NCBI RefSeq assembly: GCF_006345805.1
Contig: NC_043004.1
Location: 20,088,001 to 20,152,000 of the forward strand
DNA: 64,000 bases
From: Octopus sinensis
Taxonomy: Eukaryota
Reading direction: 5' to 3'
Shown here: in pieces, positions 40,052 to 54,904 of the stretch
Position numbering within the stretch: the stretch's first letter is position 1
Layout of the letters: each line of letters begins with the position of its first letter
Position numbers and translations under genes: made by a program
The notes under the pieces: generated by a model
Seen by the model: only the letters and a program-made list of their open reading frames with translations
Databases searched by the model: none
What the model was told of the DNA's origin: nothing

Positions 40052-41084
40052 CTAGCAGTATCGCCCGGCGTTGCTCGGGTTTGTAAGGGAAATAACTATA
40101 TAAGCATTTTTAGTGAGTTATAGCAAAAAAATAGCAAAAAATGCATTAAAAATGGAATAAAAAATGATGGTAATTTTGGTGTCTTCAAGCCATGAAGTCG
40201 TTGTTCTAAAAGAACGCTGGTCTCCTTGACAATGCTTTACGACGTTGATTTCCTTACACTCCCTTCCCCACAGCTTCACGAGGGAGGGAAGGGGGAGAAG
40301 CAAACAGGTGCAGGTGTGCCCATGGACGCCAACTCCGCCGCCATCGACACACGAATAATTATGCATTAAAATGGAATGAAAAATGATGTTAAATTATTTT
40401 TAAAATCGTACACTCATCGTAGACGCGCGCTAATACGCAGACGAGCTCGATATGAATCACGACTATAAGATACCCGAATTTGGTTAAACTGCACCGCAAA
40501 ATGTGGGAGTAGTTAGGAATCTAAATCGAAGGGGACAGACACTCACACAACTACAGATTTATATATATAGACTAGCAGTATCGCCCGGCGTTGCTCGGGT
40601 TTGTAAGGGAAATAACTATATAAGCATTTTTAGAGAGTTAATTCCCTTATAGATGCCAATTCGGGCTTTCTTAGCCATTTCTGTTTTGGTGTCTTCAAGC
40701 CATGAAGTCGTTGTTCTAAAAGAACGCTGGTCTCCTTGACAACGCTTTACGACGTTGATTTCCTTACACTCCCTTCCCCACAGCTTCACAAGGGAGGGAA
40801 GAAGGGGGAGAAGCAAACAGGTGCAGGTGTGACCATGGACGCCAACTCCGCCGCCATCGACACACGAAAAATTATGCATTAAAATGGAATAAAAAATGAT
40901 GTTAAATTATTTTTAAAATCGTAGACTCATCGTAGACGCGCGCTAATACACAGACGGGCTCGATATGAATCACGACTATAAGATACCCGAATTTGGTTAA
41001 ACTGCACCGCAAAATGTGGGAGTAGTTAGGAATCTAAATCGAAGGGGACAGACACTCACACAACTACAGTTTTATATATATAGA
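40052..41084 (-). mobile_element. Head-to-tail dimer of a non-autonomous Helitron (40052-40571 and 40572-41084)
   Basis: On the minus strand each unit starts TCTATATATATAAA and ends CCCGAGCAACGCCGGG-CGATACTG-CTAG. The internal junction is CTAG|TC, the outer flanks are A|TC and CTAG|T, and there is no TSD. Confidence 0.92.
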
Positions 41085-41991
41085 TATCTGTATAGAAGGG
41101 AGAACAAATATACACCAGTAAAGCAGGTAACAAAGAAAATCCGGAGGGCGGAAGTTCATAGTAATTCAGTGTAAAGTTCAGCGCAGACGATACGCATTGG
41201 ACCGAGGTTGAAGACAATTCGAGATTTCCTTAGAATTAGATTGGTAACAAAGTCCGTGAGACCACTGGTGAACATGATGGATGTTCAGAAAAAAGTTGTA
41301 CATTACAGCTGTTTTCTTTTTCTTTTTTTTTATAAGCACACATTAGAGGCATTTTAACTACATGTAAAAAAAAACACCTCTGGGTAGATTGGTGTAATTT
41401 ACTGATAGAGAGCGAGAGAAAGAGAGAAAGAGAGGGAGAGAGAGATTGTGTGTGTGTTTAATTGCTTGGTTAAAAGCAAACCATGGCAGAACAAGGAACA
41501 CTCAGTTCGTTATAGTGGACTTTTTTTTCTATCTTTGTCGAGTGGACTGTTAAATAAGGTTTAACAGTAATAATTTTACTATAGTTTTTATGGAAATTGT
41601 CAACAGAGATTTAGATAATAATAATAAAGCAAGTCTGAAAAATCTAGATGCTCAATAATGATTCAATCCGGGTCAACCGAAAAGACCCTGAATGTTGCTT
41701 CGAAGTGACGACGGTCATTCAAATTGATATCTAGTATTTGCAAATCTCTTTATCTTAGATGCACTAAATAAGAATGTTCCTTTAACTCACTTTGACATAT
41801 GTAGAGTCGAATCCTTAGCCATCTTTAGAGGTGTTAAAAAGAACAGCCCTATTAGACTAAAGAAGACCGAAACCACATCTTTTTCCTCTCTAGAGCTCAA
41901 GGTTATCATGGAAACCTATCTAGTGTTGACTTCTTAGATGTTTAGGCACAGGTTCATACAGGTCCTACTGAAACCAAACAAGAGGCTATTG

Positions 41992-43063
41992 TACGTAGGC
42001 AAGTCAAAACTTATCCGTACGTTTACCATAACATATCTTTATTATTGTCACACTGCCTTCTGCGCATGAATGCTTATAGCTGGCACTATTGTGGTCCCAT
42101 GATCGAAATTAGAGCCTGATCATGCCATTTTTCTTCCTGGCTTTACAGTGTAAGCATGGTCGCTCCACTTACAATGTACGCCAAAGAAGAAGAAAGAGCA
42201 GTGATCCGATTTCTCTGATAGGAAAGTTAGTCATGATTCTGTCAATCAAATCATCCACGATGAGCTCGGCTTCCATAAAGTCTGTGTAAGATGGGTGCCA
42301 AGAGAGCTTACTGCAGAGCACAAGCACAAACGTCTTGAGGTCTGCCAACGTTTACTCGATCGCTACAACAATGGGGGCGACGAATTTTTGGGCAAAATTG
42401 TCACAGGAGATGAAACATTGGTTCATCATTATGAGGCAGAATACAAAATACAGAGTATGGAGTGGAAACATCCTGGCCTTCCAGCGACGAAGATATCCAA
42501 GACTTAGTCTTCTGCGGGAAAGGTGATGCTAACCCTTTTTGGGACTCAAAAGGGCTTATACTGGAAGACTACCTGGAAAAGGGGTGTACAATCAACAGTG
42601 CAAAATACAGTGCTTTGCTGGCCAACAAACTGTAGCCAGAAATTTGCATCAAACGCCGAAGCCTATTGTCGAAGTAAGTTTTGTTGTTGCATGACAATGC
42701 ACGCCAACACGTTGCCGCCCAAGCCGTTGAAACTATTAACCAATTGGGTTTTGAAGTGATGGAACACCCCGCTCACAGATCTCGCCCCATCCGACTATCA
42801 TATCTTTGAACCACTCAAAGACGCTTTACGAGGTCGTCGATTTCCTACGGATGAAGATGTGAGGGAATCGGTGCATAATTGGTTGCATGACCAACCAGAA
42901 GCCTTCTTCTTGGAGGAAATACGCAAGCTAGAGAGGCGCCAGGCCAAGTGAATCGAAAAGGAAGGCTACTATATAGAAAAATGACGTATTTGTTTATCAC
43001 CTGCTTTTGTGCAAATACATTGAATAAAACCAGAGTGAGCGTATTTTTTTACTCTCTCTCGTA
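41992..43063 (+). mobile_element. Degenerate DD34D mariner (irritans-like), internally deleted in the HTH region
   Basis: MVAPLTMYAKEEERAVIRFL.., RWVPRELT, IVTGDET, LLHDNAR, HP..DLAPSDYHIF, ..GYYIEK*. Imperfect termini TACGTAGGCAAGTCAAAA / TTTTACTCTCTCTCGTA. Several stops and frameshifts. Confidence 0.92.
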
Positions 43064-44017
43064 CTTCGACACAGCTTCCCGCCAACCACATATAGCGTTT
43101 CAAAAACAAAAGTGTCGATGAGAGAATCTCAAACCTATCTTCCAATAAAGACGTCTACCATGCAGTGGATCCTCCTATAACGAGTTTAAATATCTTATTA
43201 CCTAAATATCTGGCCCTTGGACTCTTAAGAGAAGCAAATGGTCCCCCCGTTTTCTTATTTAACACAAAAATCTGCAAGGTTAAGTAGAGCCTTTCTTAGG
43301 TTAGGGGATAAACATTTTTCCGCAGGTCCTTGTTCAGCTGCGCATTTATAATAAAACAAGAATTAGCTAATATCCCCTTATATTCGTTCAACAACTTACA
43401 CTTTGATTCAGCAGAAAATGCAGGATTAAAAGATTGAAGCGAAAGGTTGTTGTTCCAACGATGTGGTGGTAATCAATTTATAGAACATACAACGACGAAA
43501 GGCAAAATTTATCACGGCAGGATTGGAATTCGGGTCAGAGAAAAGAAATAGATATTGCACAAGTTATATGCGACGTTCTACGCACAATTCGGCATTCATT
43601 TCCTTTTACTTTATCCAAATTTAAGACTATAGCTATAACACGGCACCATGTTCCGAATTTTCAAGTATCATCTTACAGGTGGGAACGACCATAATTTTGT
43701 TGACATTGTAACAGTTGGGGTAGATGAAAATATTTATCTATAAATTTTTGTGCAGAACTAGTATACTTAATTCATATTTCATATAGAAGATAAAATTCAC
43801 TAATGAGTCATCCAGCGGAATTCGTTGGAAAAGTTTTCGTGATTATGGAATTAATTCTTTCATGGAATTAATTATGCACTTTATGTGCATGTAGATAATA
43901 TAAACCCAAACACAAGCATTCTTTCACACACATATGTACACTGACAAATACTATAGTACAAAAATGATTGTAGGCAAAATCTATATATGTAAATGCATGT
44001 GTATATATATGTATATA

Positions 44018-44070
<53 letters not shown>

Positions 44071-44173
44071 TATCTATCTATCTATCTATCTATATATATA
44101 TACAGACATACAAACCTATACATAATCATATGTGTTTATATATAGATACATATATAAACACGTATATATACAC

Positions 44174-44236
<63 letters not shown>

Positions 44237-44295
44237 AGGTATGTATGTATATACATATATATATATATATATCTATATAAGTATGTATATATATA

Positions 44296-44329
<34 letters not shown>

Positions 44330-44446
44330 GCCTGCTGTGCGTATGTGGAAGTGTGTGTGTGTGTACATGTGTACACATAGAAAGTTTCATGCTTGTGCGC
44401 CATGCCAACATAAATACATAATTGTAAGTAATTAAATATATCTCTA

Positions 44447-44493
<47 letters not shown>

Positions 44494-44993
44494 TTATACA
44501 TATTTTGTATGCATTTACACACACATACACACACACATAATTTTAAGAGTATTCCTACACGCGTGCTCGTGTCAGCTAATTAGATCCCCTGTCAGCAGAA
44601 TTACAGTTTCAATACAACCATTTTTAATAGTATTTTTACAAATTGCTATTCAATAATAATCCAGGCACAATTAACACAATTTTTGCATAGTTCTCCATCT
44701 CTATCCGTTGTATGACGCTTCTGCCAATATCATCGTATCCATAGTCACAATTATCATAATACACTTTGCTCATTCTAATCACCTGTTGAGCGTCATTGTA
44801 TTTTTTATTGAAAGAAAAATATTCTTAGTCCCGATGTTAGTGTGAATCTATAGGCTCGCGTCTACGTCCGCCTCTGCATGCATATATGTTCTATTGGAAC
44901 TTCTATATCGCTATCATCACGGTTTACTAACCATCAATCAGTGATACTTTCTATCCACTTCACATACGCAACATCTGCGCGCGCACACGCACG

Positions 44994-45025
<32 letters not shown>

Positions 45026-45074
45026 CAATTATATGTATGTATGTTGTATATATATATATATTACGCTTTACACT

Positions 45075-45298
45075 TATACTTGTTTCAGTCATTTGACTGC
45101 GGCTATGCTGGAGCACCGCCTTTAGTCGAACAAATCGACCCTAGGACTTATTCTTTTTAAGCCTAGTACTTATTCTATCGGTCGTCTCTTTTGCCGAACC
45201 GCTAAGTTACGGGGACGTAAACATACCAGCATCGGTTGTCAAGCGATGTTGGGGAGACAAACACAGACACACAAACATACGCACATATATATATATAA

Positions 45299-45337
<39 letters not shown>

Positions 45338-45342
45338 TATAA

Positions 45343-45381
<39 letters not shown>

Positions 45382-45510
45382 ACGGGCTTATTTCAGTTCC
45401 CATCTACCAAATCCACTCACAAGGCTTTGGTCGGCCTGAGGCTATAGTAGAAGACACTAACCCAAGGTGCCACGCAGTGGGACTGAACCCGAAACCATGT
45501 GGTTGGTAGA
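45075..45510 (-). mobile_element. tRNA-type SINE, family 1
   Basis: Same body and tail as 8030-8442; head slightly 5'-truncated. Confidence 0.85.
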
Positions 45511-46304
45511 TATAGATATAGTTATAGATAGACATATGGATAGAGATACATACATATTAACAAATGCACAGACCTGTTTTCCTTCGTTATCTTCATAATA
45601 TTCAAATACTATTTCAACGTTCTGTACTTTATTTTCATTTTTTCTTCGCTGATATAATAACAGTATGAGAAGGAATAGGTAGCTTCTTTGGCTACTTCAA
45701 AGATCATTAAAAATGGTAGGAGGATGATAGGACATTATTGTCAGGAAGATGTACTCCTTCGAATGCTGGCATCAATGATGAATGTATTCAAGAATCATGT
45801 ATGGGTGTGAAAACCACGGACGTATTAAGTTTGCTAGTGTTTCGCATATAAGATCAGGAAATGAAGGAATATCCGTCACTGTGTAACACGACTTTTGTCT
45901 TTTGGTAGCTACTGTTATTTCCTATTTGCTTTCCCCTAGAAAATATGAAAAATGCTTCATATTTCTTTCAATGTTGCTGTTGGTATACTTGTTCAGACCC
46001 GACAAAAATCCCTCTCATCATATGGCTATGATGCTTCCCCACTACTCCAAATCCTGATCAGAGACGCACATATTGTCAGCTACTAAGGGACATGTTCAGT
46101 TGGTTAAAGTGAAGCAACTGACGAGCAAATCTGTGAATATTTGCTATAACGATTTTGTTGCTTCTGAAATGTAATGGAAAATAGGTCAGTGTCGAACCAT
46201 TGATGTGTAGGTAACAAGAGCAAATTTGACGGGAATAGTAGTAATTTCCTTCGATTTCTAAATAGAACCAACAAGGAAATAATACTTCCTAAGCAAAGAC
46301 AATG

Positions 46305-46568
<264 letters not shown>

Positions 46569-46671
46569 AGAGTTTACGAAAAAAACAAAAGACGAAGACA
46601 GGTGGTGTACAAAACAAACAGATGTGTTAGTATAACGCTCAGGAATAGAGAATGTCTTATATATAATAATA

Positions 46672-46709
<38 letters not shown>

Positions 46710-46736
46710 TGAGGGAATATTATATACATATATAAA

Positions 46737-46773
<37 letters not shown>

Positions 46774-46777
46774 ATAT

Positions 46778-46827
<50 letters not shown>

Positions 46828-47124
46828 TATATATAATATGTATATATATATATGAAAATCTTGTAACGCAGTCTTATTTTTCTATTCAATGTTTTTTATG
46901 TGCAAAATTCTTATGGAATATGTATTTATGATAAATTCCCAAACATTGAAAGATGTTACACGGATAAAATACACATACATAAAAAAACGTCAGAATGTTT
47001 GTCAGCAATGTTTTGGTGTTAATATAATTATCATTTTCCATGTTAAGAATTTTGTGTATTGGAAGATTACAAGCTACATTTGGTTCGATCAGTGTCATGT
47101 CATATTTTTATATGTTTCGTTGTT

Positions 47125-47300
47125 GTGAAGGTGTATGCCCTAGTAGTTAACGTGTGACGCTCATGATCGTATGATTGTAGTTTCGATTACCTGTACGAGT
47201 ATTACCTTGTATTCTTCAGCTAAGCACTTCATTCCACGTTGTTCCAGTCCACGCTGTTGTAACCGAGTAATAGCTAGGAAGTTAGCCCTACAAAGGACTG
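47125..47300 (+). mobile_element. SINE family 3 (tRNA-like head)
   Basis: TAGTAGTTAACGTGTGACGCTCATGATCGTATGATTGTAGTTTCGATT..AAGCACTTCATTCCACGTTGTTCCAGTCCAC. Related copies at ~48620-48790 (+), 18295-18400 and 23890-24010 (-). Confidence 0.6.
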
Positions 47301-50176
47301 GTGACCAGTTCAGTGTTATAAGTCATAGGGCTCATGATAGACCTTAGTGTAAGTTGTTGCTGTTTGGTTCCAGGTAAGCTCAGGCCGAGCTGGTATTTAG
47401 GTTATGTCAATTCATCTTTTTTCTTCGCTGTATATTTATCACAAACATTCCCACTCGAATACTACATTATAGAAGGTAGATTATAGAAGGTAGACCTACC
47501 TTTTAAAAATGACAGGGTATGGTTTCATATAGAACTGGTAGTTTTTTTTTTTTTTTCAAGCAGGTCGATCTACTACGTAAAGATTTTCCGATGGTCAATG
47601 GCTTCAATCGAACTAAAAACGCTTAATCTGTTAAACAATTTCCAAACGATTTTTAACAGTAATGACGGTTTGTGAATGTCGGTGTTTCTTATTTGAACAA
47701 CCAACAACTAATATATTTATTTTCTTCGATTTTCCAGGGATTTTTGTATAAATTCTATAAAATTATTTCATTACTATTACACATTTCCTGTCTTGCATCG
47801 TGTTTAACCGTTCCTGAGCTTATGTACACATTGCAGAGTATAAAAAATTAAATTTATTAACCTGTTAATCTAGATGTAAACATTAATCGTTCGAATTCAT
47901 TCCACGACCAATACATATGTAGAAATAAGATTTTTGATAGCAGTAGGATTTGTCGAATGTAGTTTAAATAAAAATTTTGTAAATATTCTCTTTGGATGCG
48001 TTATTAACAAACCTGACCAACAGAATCATTTCATGTATAATTATTTAGGAGTATGTGCAGCACTCATAGATTTATTGTAGAGTCTTGTAGTTGGGGTTGG
48101 GGGAAGAGAGAGAAAGCTGGCATATGAGTTAACCTCATATGTGACACCTGACCCTGCGCTTGTAACAGGGAACTTTGATGAGGACGCCAGAGGGTCAATT
48201 AAAGGTGTTACAAAAAATATTCTCTGACCACTGCTCAGAGGGTTTCTTTCTACTACAACTCATTAAATACCTGTTATTTGCCTAAAGTAATTACGACTAC
48301 AACGACATGATAATGTAAGAGCCTCATTTAATCTACTTGAAGTAACAATGTGAATTCCTTCAACCTATACGCTATCGTCTTCGAAAGTGTCCTAATGGAA
48401 ACGCACTCTTGGGTTTTCTAACACATAGGAGATAGACGGAATACCTTTGACTATAGGTTTCATCAATTAGGGACGACCTAGAGATAAACAACAACTCTTA
48501 CAAGTGAGGAGCGTGTATATGGTCACCATTTGTTAGAAATAGCGACCCAGTGATCTTACAATTACACCCTACTCTCTTGAAAACAAGAAAGCCATATTAG
48601 ACGAAAAATGCCCGAGAGAATGATGGTGTGGTCGCTCTCACGATCTTGTGATCGTGGTTTCGATTCCCAGACTTGGGTTGCCTTGTGGTCTTAAGCAAAA
48701 CACTTCATTTCACGTTGCTTTAGTCCACTACGTTGTAAATGGGCAGCCTTGCGCATTGACTGGCGTCCCATTCCGCAGAATTTTAGCCTGCCGCTTAGTC
48801 AGTAAGGTTGGTATTGTTTCAAGGCTGCCACACTGCAAGGAAGCGCATTGTTACAGCGGTGTATACCCACATCCTATAGTCTCGTCGTTACAGTACTACA
48901 GTAAATAACTAAATCATCATAGTCGTCGTCGTCATCATGTCTATCTATATACCCCAATTTCTTCTTCCTTAGCCTTATTTCTTCCATTCCTCTACTCTCC
49001 GCCCCCACCTCTCTCTCTCTCTCCGCACATCTGTATCATCAACAGTAGTGATATGAAATACACAGGTGCCTGTCATTTTTCTCTTAATATACACAAGAAA
49101 CGAAATAACTCAACCACTAATCTCAATAGTCTATGCCGCCAGAGATCTTTTTAATTATTACCTACAACACATGAATTAGATAATGTATTGATACGTAAGG
49201 TCCGTATTAACATTGTTTCTGTAATGATTAAGAGGCAATTTAATACGATCAAACAATGTATATATGGCTATATTAAATAAGTCGACAACGTATGTATCGT
49301 TTACATAATACATTTTTATAAAAATGAACAAAAGCAGGACCTGTTGTTTACCGCATCCTTCATAAGTAATAAGTACTTGTATGATACTGTCTCTTCCTCC
49401 CTCTTTCCCACTCTCTATTTGTAGACCGAATATAGTAAACCTGATGAGCTGGCAATGACTGGTAAAACTAGTTTATTTACTGTGTGCATTTGGGCAGTAA
49501 GTTTATTGGGATGATTATTAAATATCTTTATATATATTTACATACATACACTGACACACAGGCAGTCAAACATGCATTTTCACACACACACAAGTACATT
49601 GATGTAATATAAATGCGTTATTTTTTTCGAATTTGGTGATTCTTTTCCACACTACTTTCAGTTTCTCTCCTGTATAAATGTTCGTCTTGTTGAACGCACG
49701 CAAGAGAGCAGCCCTGCTATGTATCAGTAGATTCAAGTAAAATAAACGCTACTACAGTTATTGAATATCGTTTTCTAACTTTCGCATATCCAACGTTGTT
49801 GTATAGCTGTTTCCATGTATCATCTACAGTTATGCAAATGCGGATACCTATTCTTCCATGTTACTAAAACAATTTTTCTCAAGTCAGACTTTAGCAAACG
49901 CCAGACCATATTTCTTCATAAATCATTTGACAACCATCATAGCAAGCAACGATCACATAAATGTCCTTTCTGAGCATCACCTTGGACAAGTGTTTTTTGC
50001 TATAGCCTCAGGATGAACTGTACCTTGTGAGAGAATTTGGGAGAGAGCCATTTCTTGGGGGATCGTGTCGGATACATGCATACATACATACATACATACA
50101 AAAGTCCATACATACATACGTACACACATACATACATACATACATGTACAAACATATATACATACATGTACATAGT

Positions 50177-50227
<51 letters not shown>

Positions 50228-50334
50228 TCATATGTATGTATATAGATAGCGAGGGTAGAATTTACGTTTGAGATGAATGCGTATATGTCTTTGGGTCTGT
50301 ATTCGCCTCCCTACAACTGCTTGACAACCGGTGT

Positions 50335-50407
<73 letters not shown>

Positions 50408-51297
50408 GTACGTGTATAGATAGCGAGGGTATAATTTACGTTTGAGATGAATGTGTATATGTCTTTGTGTCTGTATTCGTCTCCCTACAACTGCTTGACA
50501 ACCGGTCTTAGTTTACGTCATCCTAACGTAGCGGTTCGGCAAAAAAGACCGATAGAATAAATTTAAGAAAAAGTAAGTAATGTTTGGCTAATACACTTCA
50601 AGACGGTGCTCCAATATGACTGCAGTCCATTGACTAAAAAATATTAGAGATAAAAAAATAATACTGAAGTTCAAACAGGCATTATAATTGGATGAAATCA
50701 GTCTATTAGTCTTCACATTTACTTGGCATATCAGAACTACGCTTAATCACCTCTCTTCTTGTTCAAAGGCTTTTTACTGTCAAAATATCGAAGCATCATT
50801 TAAAAGTATAAATTTCATTTCATATTTCTTGTTTATTTTGTATGTTTTCACTCCATTATGTCCAACTTACTTAGCAGTGTCTTACTAAACACTTCTTACC
50901 TCTAGTTCGCAATACTTCAAATACCCACGAATGTAAAGATGTTAGCAATTTTAACTGTATTAAGAAAAGAGTGATAAAATAATTCATCCTAATCATGAAA
51001 CGTCTTTCGTAAGTAAGAATTTAAATAAATATCTCTTTACGCCGTTTTATTCGAGATATATATTTTTGAAATACAATCAAATAAGGTAATTGTATTTTAA
51101 TCATATTTAAACTTCAAATAGTAAATACTTCATAGAGACAAGAGATAAATGAAATAAAGATTACTTGCAATTTCAAATGTCAGCATTCCTTGATGAACTC
51201 ACATAAATACACACATTAAGCACACATACACACATAGATATACATATATACATACACAGCACACACACATATACATACACATATATGTGTGTGTATT

Positions 51298-51390
<93 letters not shown>

Positions 51391-51428
51391 ATATATAATA
51401 TATATAATATATATATATATATATATTT

Positions 51429-54004
51429 ACAATTGCAGCGTGGAAGGTGTTTATAAGCCATTTAAGAAACACACAAAAGCCGTTCGATTCACTTCAACAT
51501 TTAAGTTTAATTTGTCAAAATATTTTCGTCGCTAAAATCCGCGACCTGTTCACTGACAAAAATCCGTGCTGCATCTGAGAAAGTAACAGTTAGTTCGTCA
51601 TATATATGTACGTATGTATGTGTGTATGTATGTATACATGTGTGTATGTATGTACGTACGTACGTATGTACGTATGCATGCACGTACATACGCCTGTGTA
51701 TGCATGTATGTATGTATGTATGTATGTATGTATGTATGTATGTATATATGTATGTGTGTGTATATGCACGCACATACACACTATAAACATAAAGCTATAA
51801 ACTTGTAGCGATGGATAGATGTAGAGTGACCACTCATCACAATAATATCAAATTTCAACTTCCCACGGCCGAAGCCTGGAAGTGATTTACGACCCTTACT
51901 CCCAAAACTATACCCTAAAACCTATTATCAGATATTTATCTCTATATCACAGAACTTTTGTTTTACTATTGTGCGTATGTATGTATGTATGTGCGTATGT
52001 ATGTATACGCGCACGTATGCATGTGCTCATGTATGTGTGTGTGTACATGTACGTGCGTATGTACGTGTGTATGCCCATACGTAGGTATGTATGTATGTTT
52101 GTACTCATGTGCTACGTATGTATGTGAGTGTCTAGGAGAATGGGCAGACGTGTCTGTGAGAGTGTGTACATGTGTATCTGTATGTGAACGTATGTCCGTG
52201 TACTGGCATGTGTCCGTCCAAGTTACGTACATGACTGTTACTTTGTTGAAGGTTGTATACATATTCACATATATGTTTGTATAGACGCACACACATATAT
52301 ATATATGTGTGGGTGTGTGTTTGTTCCTCTCATCACCGTCTAACTGTGAATGGATACAACGCCTAAGTGCAACTGTACGTATCAAACAACGTACGCTCAT
52401 ACTGTTATATATAACTGCACATACGCATTGCAACTTGTATGTAAGGACTACAAGTAAACGAGAGAGAGAGAGATAGGGGTGGTTATAGAATAGGCCTTCT
52501 GAATGGGATCTGGATGTTACTCCATTCGGACTTTCGGTTGAGAGTAGGTTTGTATTCTTGTATACAAACAGCTTCTGTGACCTGTCTCAACATTGCATCG
52601 GTGGGATGTGTTGATAGGATGTTCAACTTAAGTTTCCCTAAGGATCCCTTGTGGCAGTCTACAGCATATTGGTAGAAGATAGAGTTTGGCTTCTTTTCAA
52701 TGTAGTTGTCCAGGTGTTCTTTGAACCTATCATTGATGCTTCTAGAAGTCTCACCTATGTATGACTCTGGGTTAGTCGCGCAAGCTCCCTCCTGGCACTT
52801 AATCTGGTATACAGTGCCCTTGGTTTTGCAATTTACATGTGGATTTGTCGAACATACTGCACAATTACTTTGACAGGTGATTCTATCAAATGGATATGAT
52901 CTGCATAATGCCGATTTGATAGTCCTACCTGTCTTTTCTACAACTTTAATTTTTAGGCCAGTAGTGCGCAGGATTTTCTTGAATGCCTTACTTAGCTCGT
53001 ACTTCAACAAAGTAACAGTCGTGTACACAACTTGGACGGACACATGCCAGTACACGGACATACGTTCACATACACATACACATGTACACACTCTCACAGA
53101 CACGTCTGCCCATTCTCCTAGACACTCACATACATACGTAGCACATGAGTACAAACATACATACATACCTACGTATGGGCATACACACGTACATACGCAC
53201 GTACATGTACGCACATACATACATGGGTACATGCATACGTGTGCGTATACATACATACGCACATGCGTACGTATGTACATACACACATACATACATACAT
53301 ATATACATACATACATACATACATACATACATACGCACATACATACATACATGCATACGCACATACATACATACATACGCACAATAGTAAAACAAAAGTT
53401 CTGTGATATAGAGATAAATATCTAATAATAGGTTTTAGGGTATAGTTTTGGGAGTAAGGGTCGTAAATCACTTCCAGGCTTCGGCCGGGGGAAGTTGAAA
53501 TTTGATATTATTGTGATGAGTGGTCACTCTACATCTATCCATCGCTACAGGTTTATAGCTTTATGTTTATAGTGTGTATGTGCGTGCATATACACACACA
53601 TACATATATACATACATACATACATACATACATACATACATACATACATACATACATACATACATGCATACACAGGCGTATGTACGTACATGCATACGTA
53701 CATACGTACGTACGTACATACATACACACATGTATACATACATACATACATACATACATACGTACATATATATGACGAACTAACTGTTACTTTCTCAGAT
53801 GCAGCACGGATTTTTGTCAGTGAACAGGTCGCGGATTTTAGCGACGAAAATATTTTGACAAATTAAACTTAAATGTTGAAGTGAATCGAACGGCTTTTGT
53901 GTGTTTCTTAAATGGCTTATAAACACCTTCCACGCTGCAATTGTTTTCGTTTCAGCACACGATCTCAGATCAAATTACTTGCTATGCGAGTACATCTCCG
54001 TAAT
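51429..54004. mobile_element. Foldback element, copy 4: large inverted repeat (arms 51429-52251 and 53002-53944) around a 750-bp core
   Basis: The arms share private variants (GCCGTTCGATTC, TAAAATCC loop), a ~190-bp unique block and a ~170-bp block, differing mainly in microsatellite length. Confidence 0.92.
52483..53001 (-). mobile_element. Penelope-like GIY-YIG endonuclease domain, 172 uninterrupted codons, 5'-truncated
   Basis: C..C..NCKTKGTVYQIKC..C..SYIGETSRSINDRFKEH..LRQVTEAVCIQEYKPTLNRKSEW. The VY/YIG, Arg, Glu and Asn motifs are intact. No RT domain upstream. Confidence 0.92.
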
Positions 54005-54007
54005 ATA

Positions 54008-54059
<52 letters not shown>

Positions 54060-54904
54060 CTACATACACATACATATACACACACGCACTTATATAAGCG
54101 TCTATATACACGTTTGATGATATTCGCATATACATATATATCTGTGAATGAGTTCATTTATGCTTACAGGCATGTATTAAAAACGAAATACATTCTTCCT
54201 ATGCTCTTCATGCGCGGCGAAAGAAAAAATCAGGAATCTCCGGGTAACGATATCCTCAAAAAGGATATGCCCAAACTCCTTTTTCACTTGATAGAATGGG
54301 ATATTGAGCTATTGCATAAAACAATCAGAAATTAAGTTATTACCCTGGTGAACAACTTAGTTTGCATATTTCTTGTTAAGAGGGCTTGTAATTAATAAAA
54401 TAATTATATTTTATGCACAACACCGTCCCAGTGAAAAAGATAAATGTTATTTATACTAGTTTCAAATTTTGGCTCAATGTCAGAAATTTCGGGGGATGGG
54501 GATTAATGGATTAAATCGATCCCAGTCTTCAACTAGAATTTATTTTATCGACCTCGAAATAATGAAAGACAAAGTGGACATCGGCGAAATTTGAACTCAA
54601 AATGTAAAAACAGACGAAATGCCGCTAAGCATTTTGCCCAGTGTGCTTTTGATCGTGCTACCACACCGTGTTAAGGCCTTCTAATATTGGTGTCACGTTC
54701 TGACACAGGGTCAGTTATTTCCGGGTATGGGGTAAGCCAATTACATCCACCTCAGTACTGTACTAGTATTTATTTTATCGACCTCGAAAGAGTGAAAGGT
54801 AAAGTCGATCACGGCGGAATTTGAATTCAAAACGTAGAGACGGACGAAATATCGCTAAGAATTTTTCCCGATGTGCAAAATGGTTAGCGGCATTTTGCTC
54901 GTTT

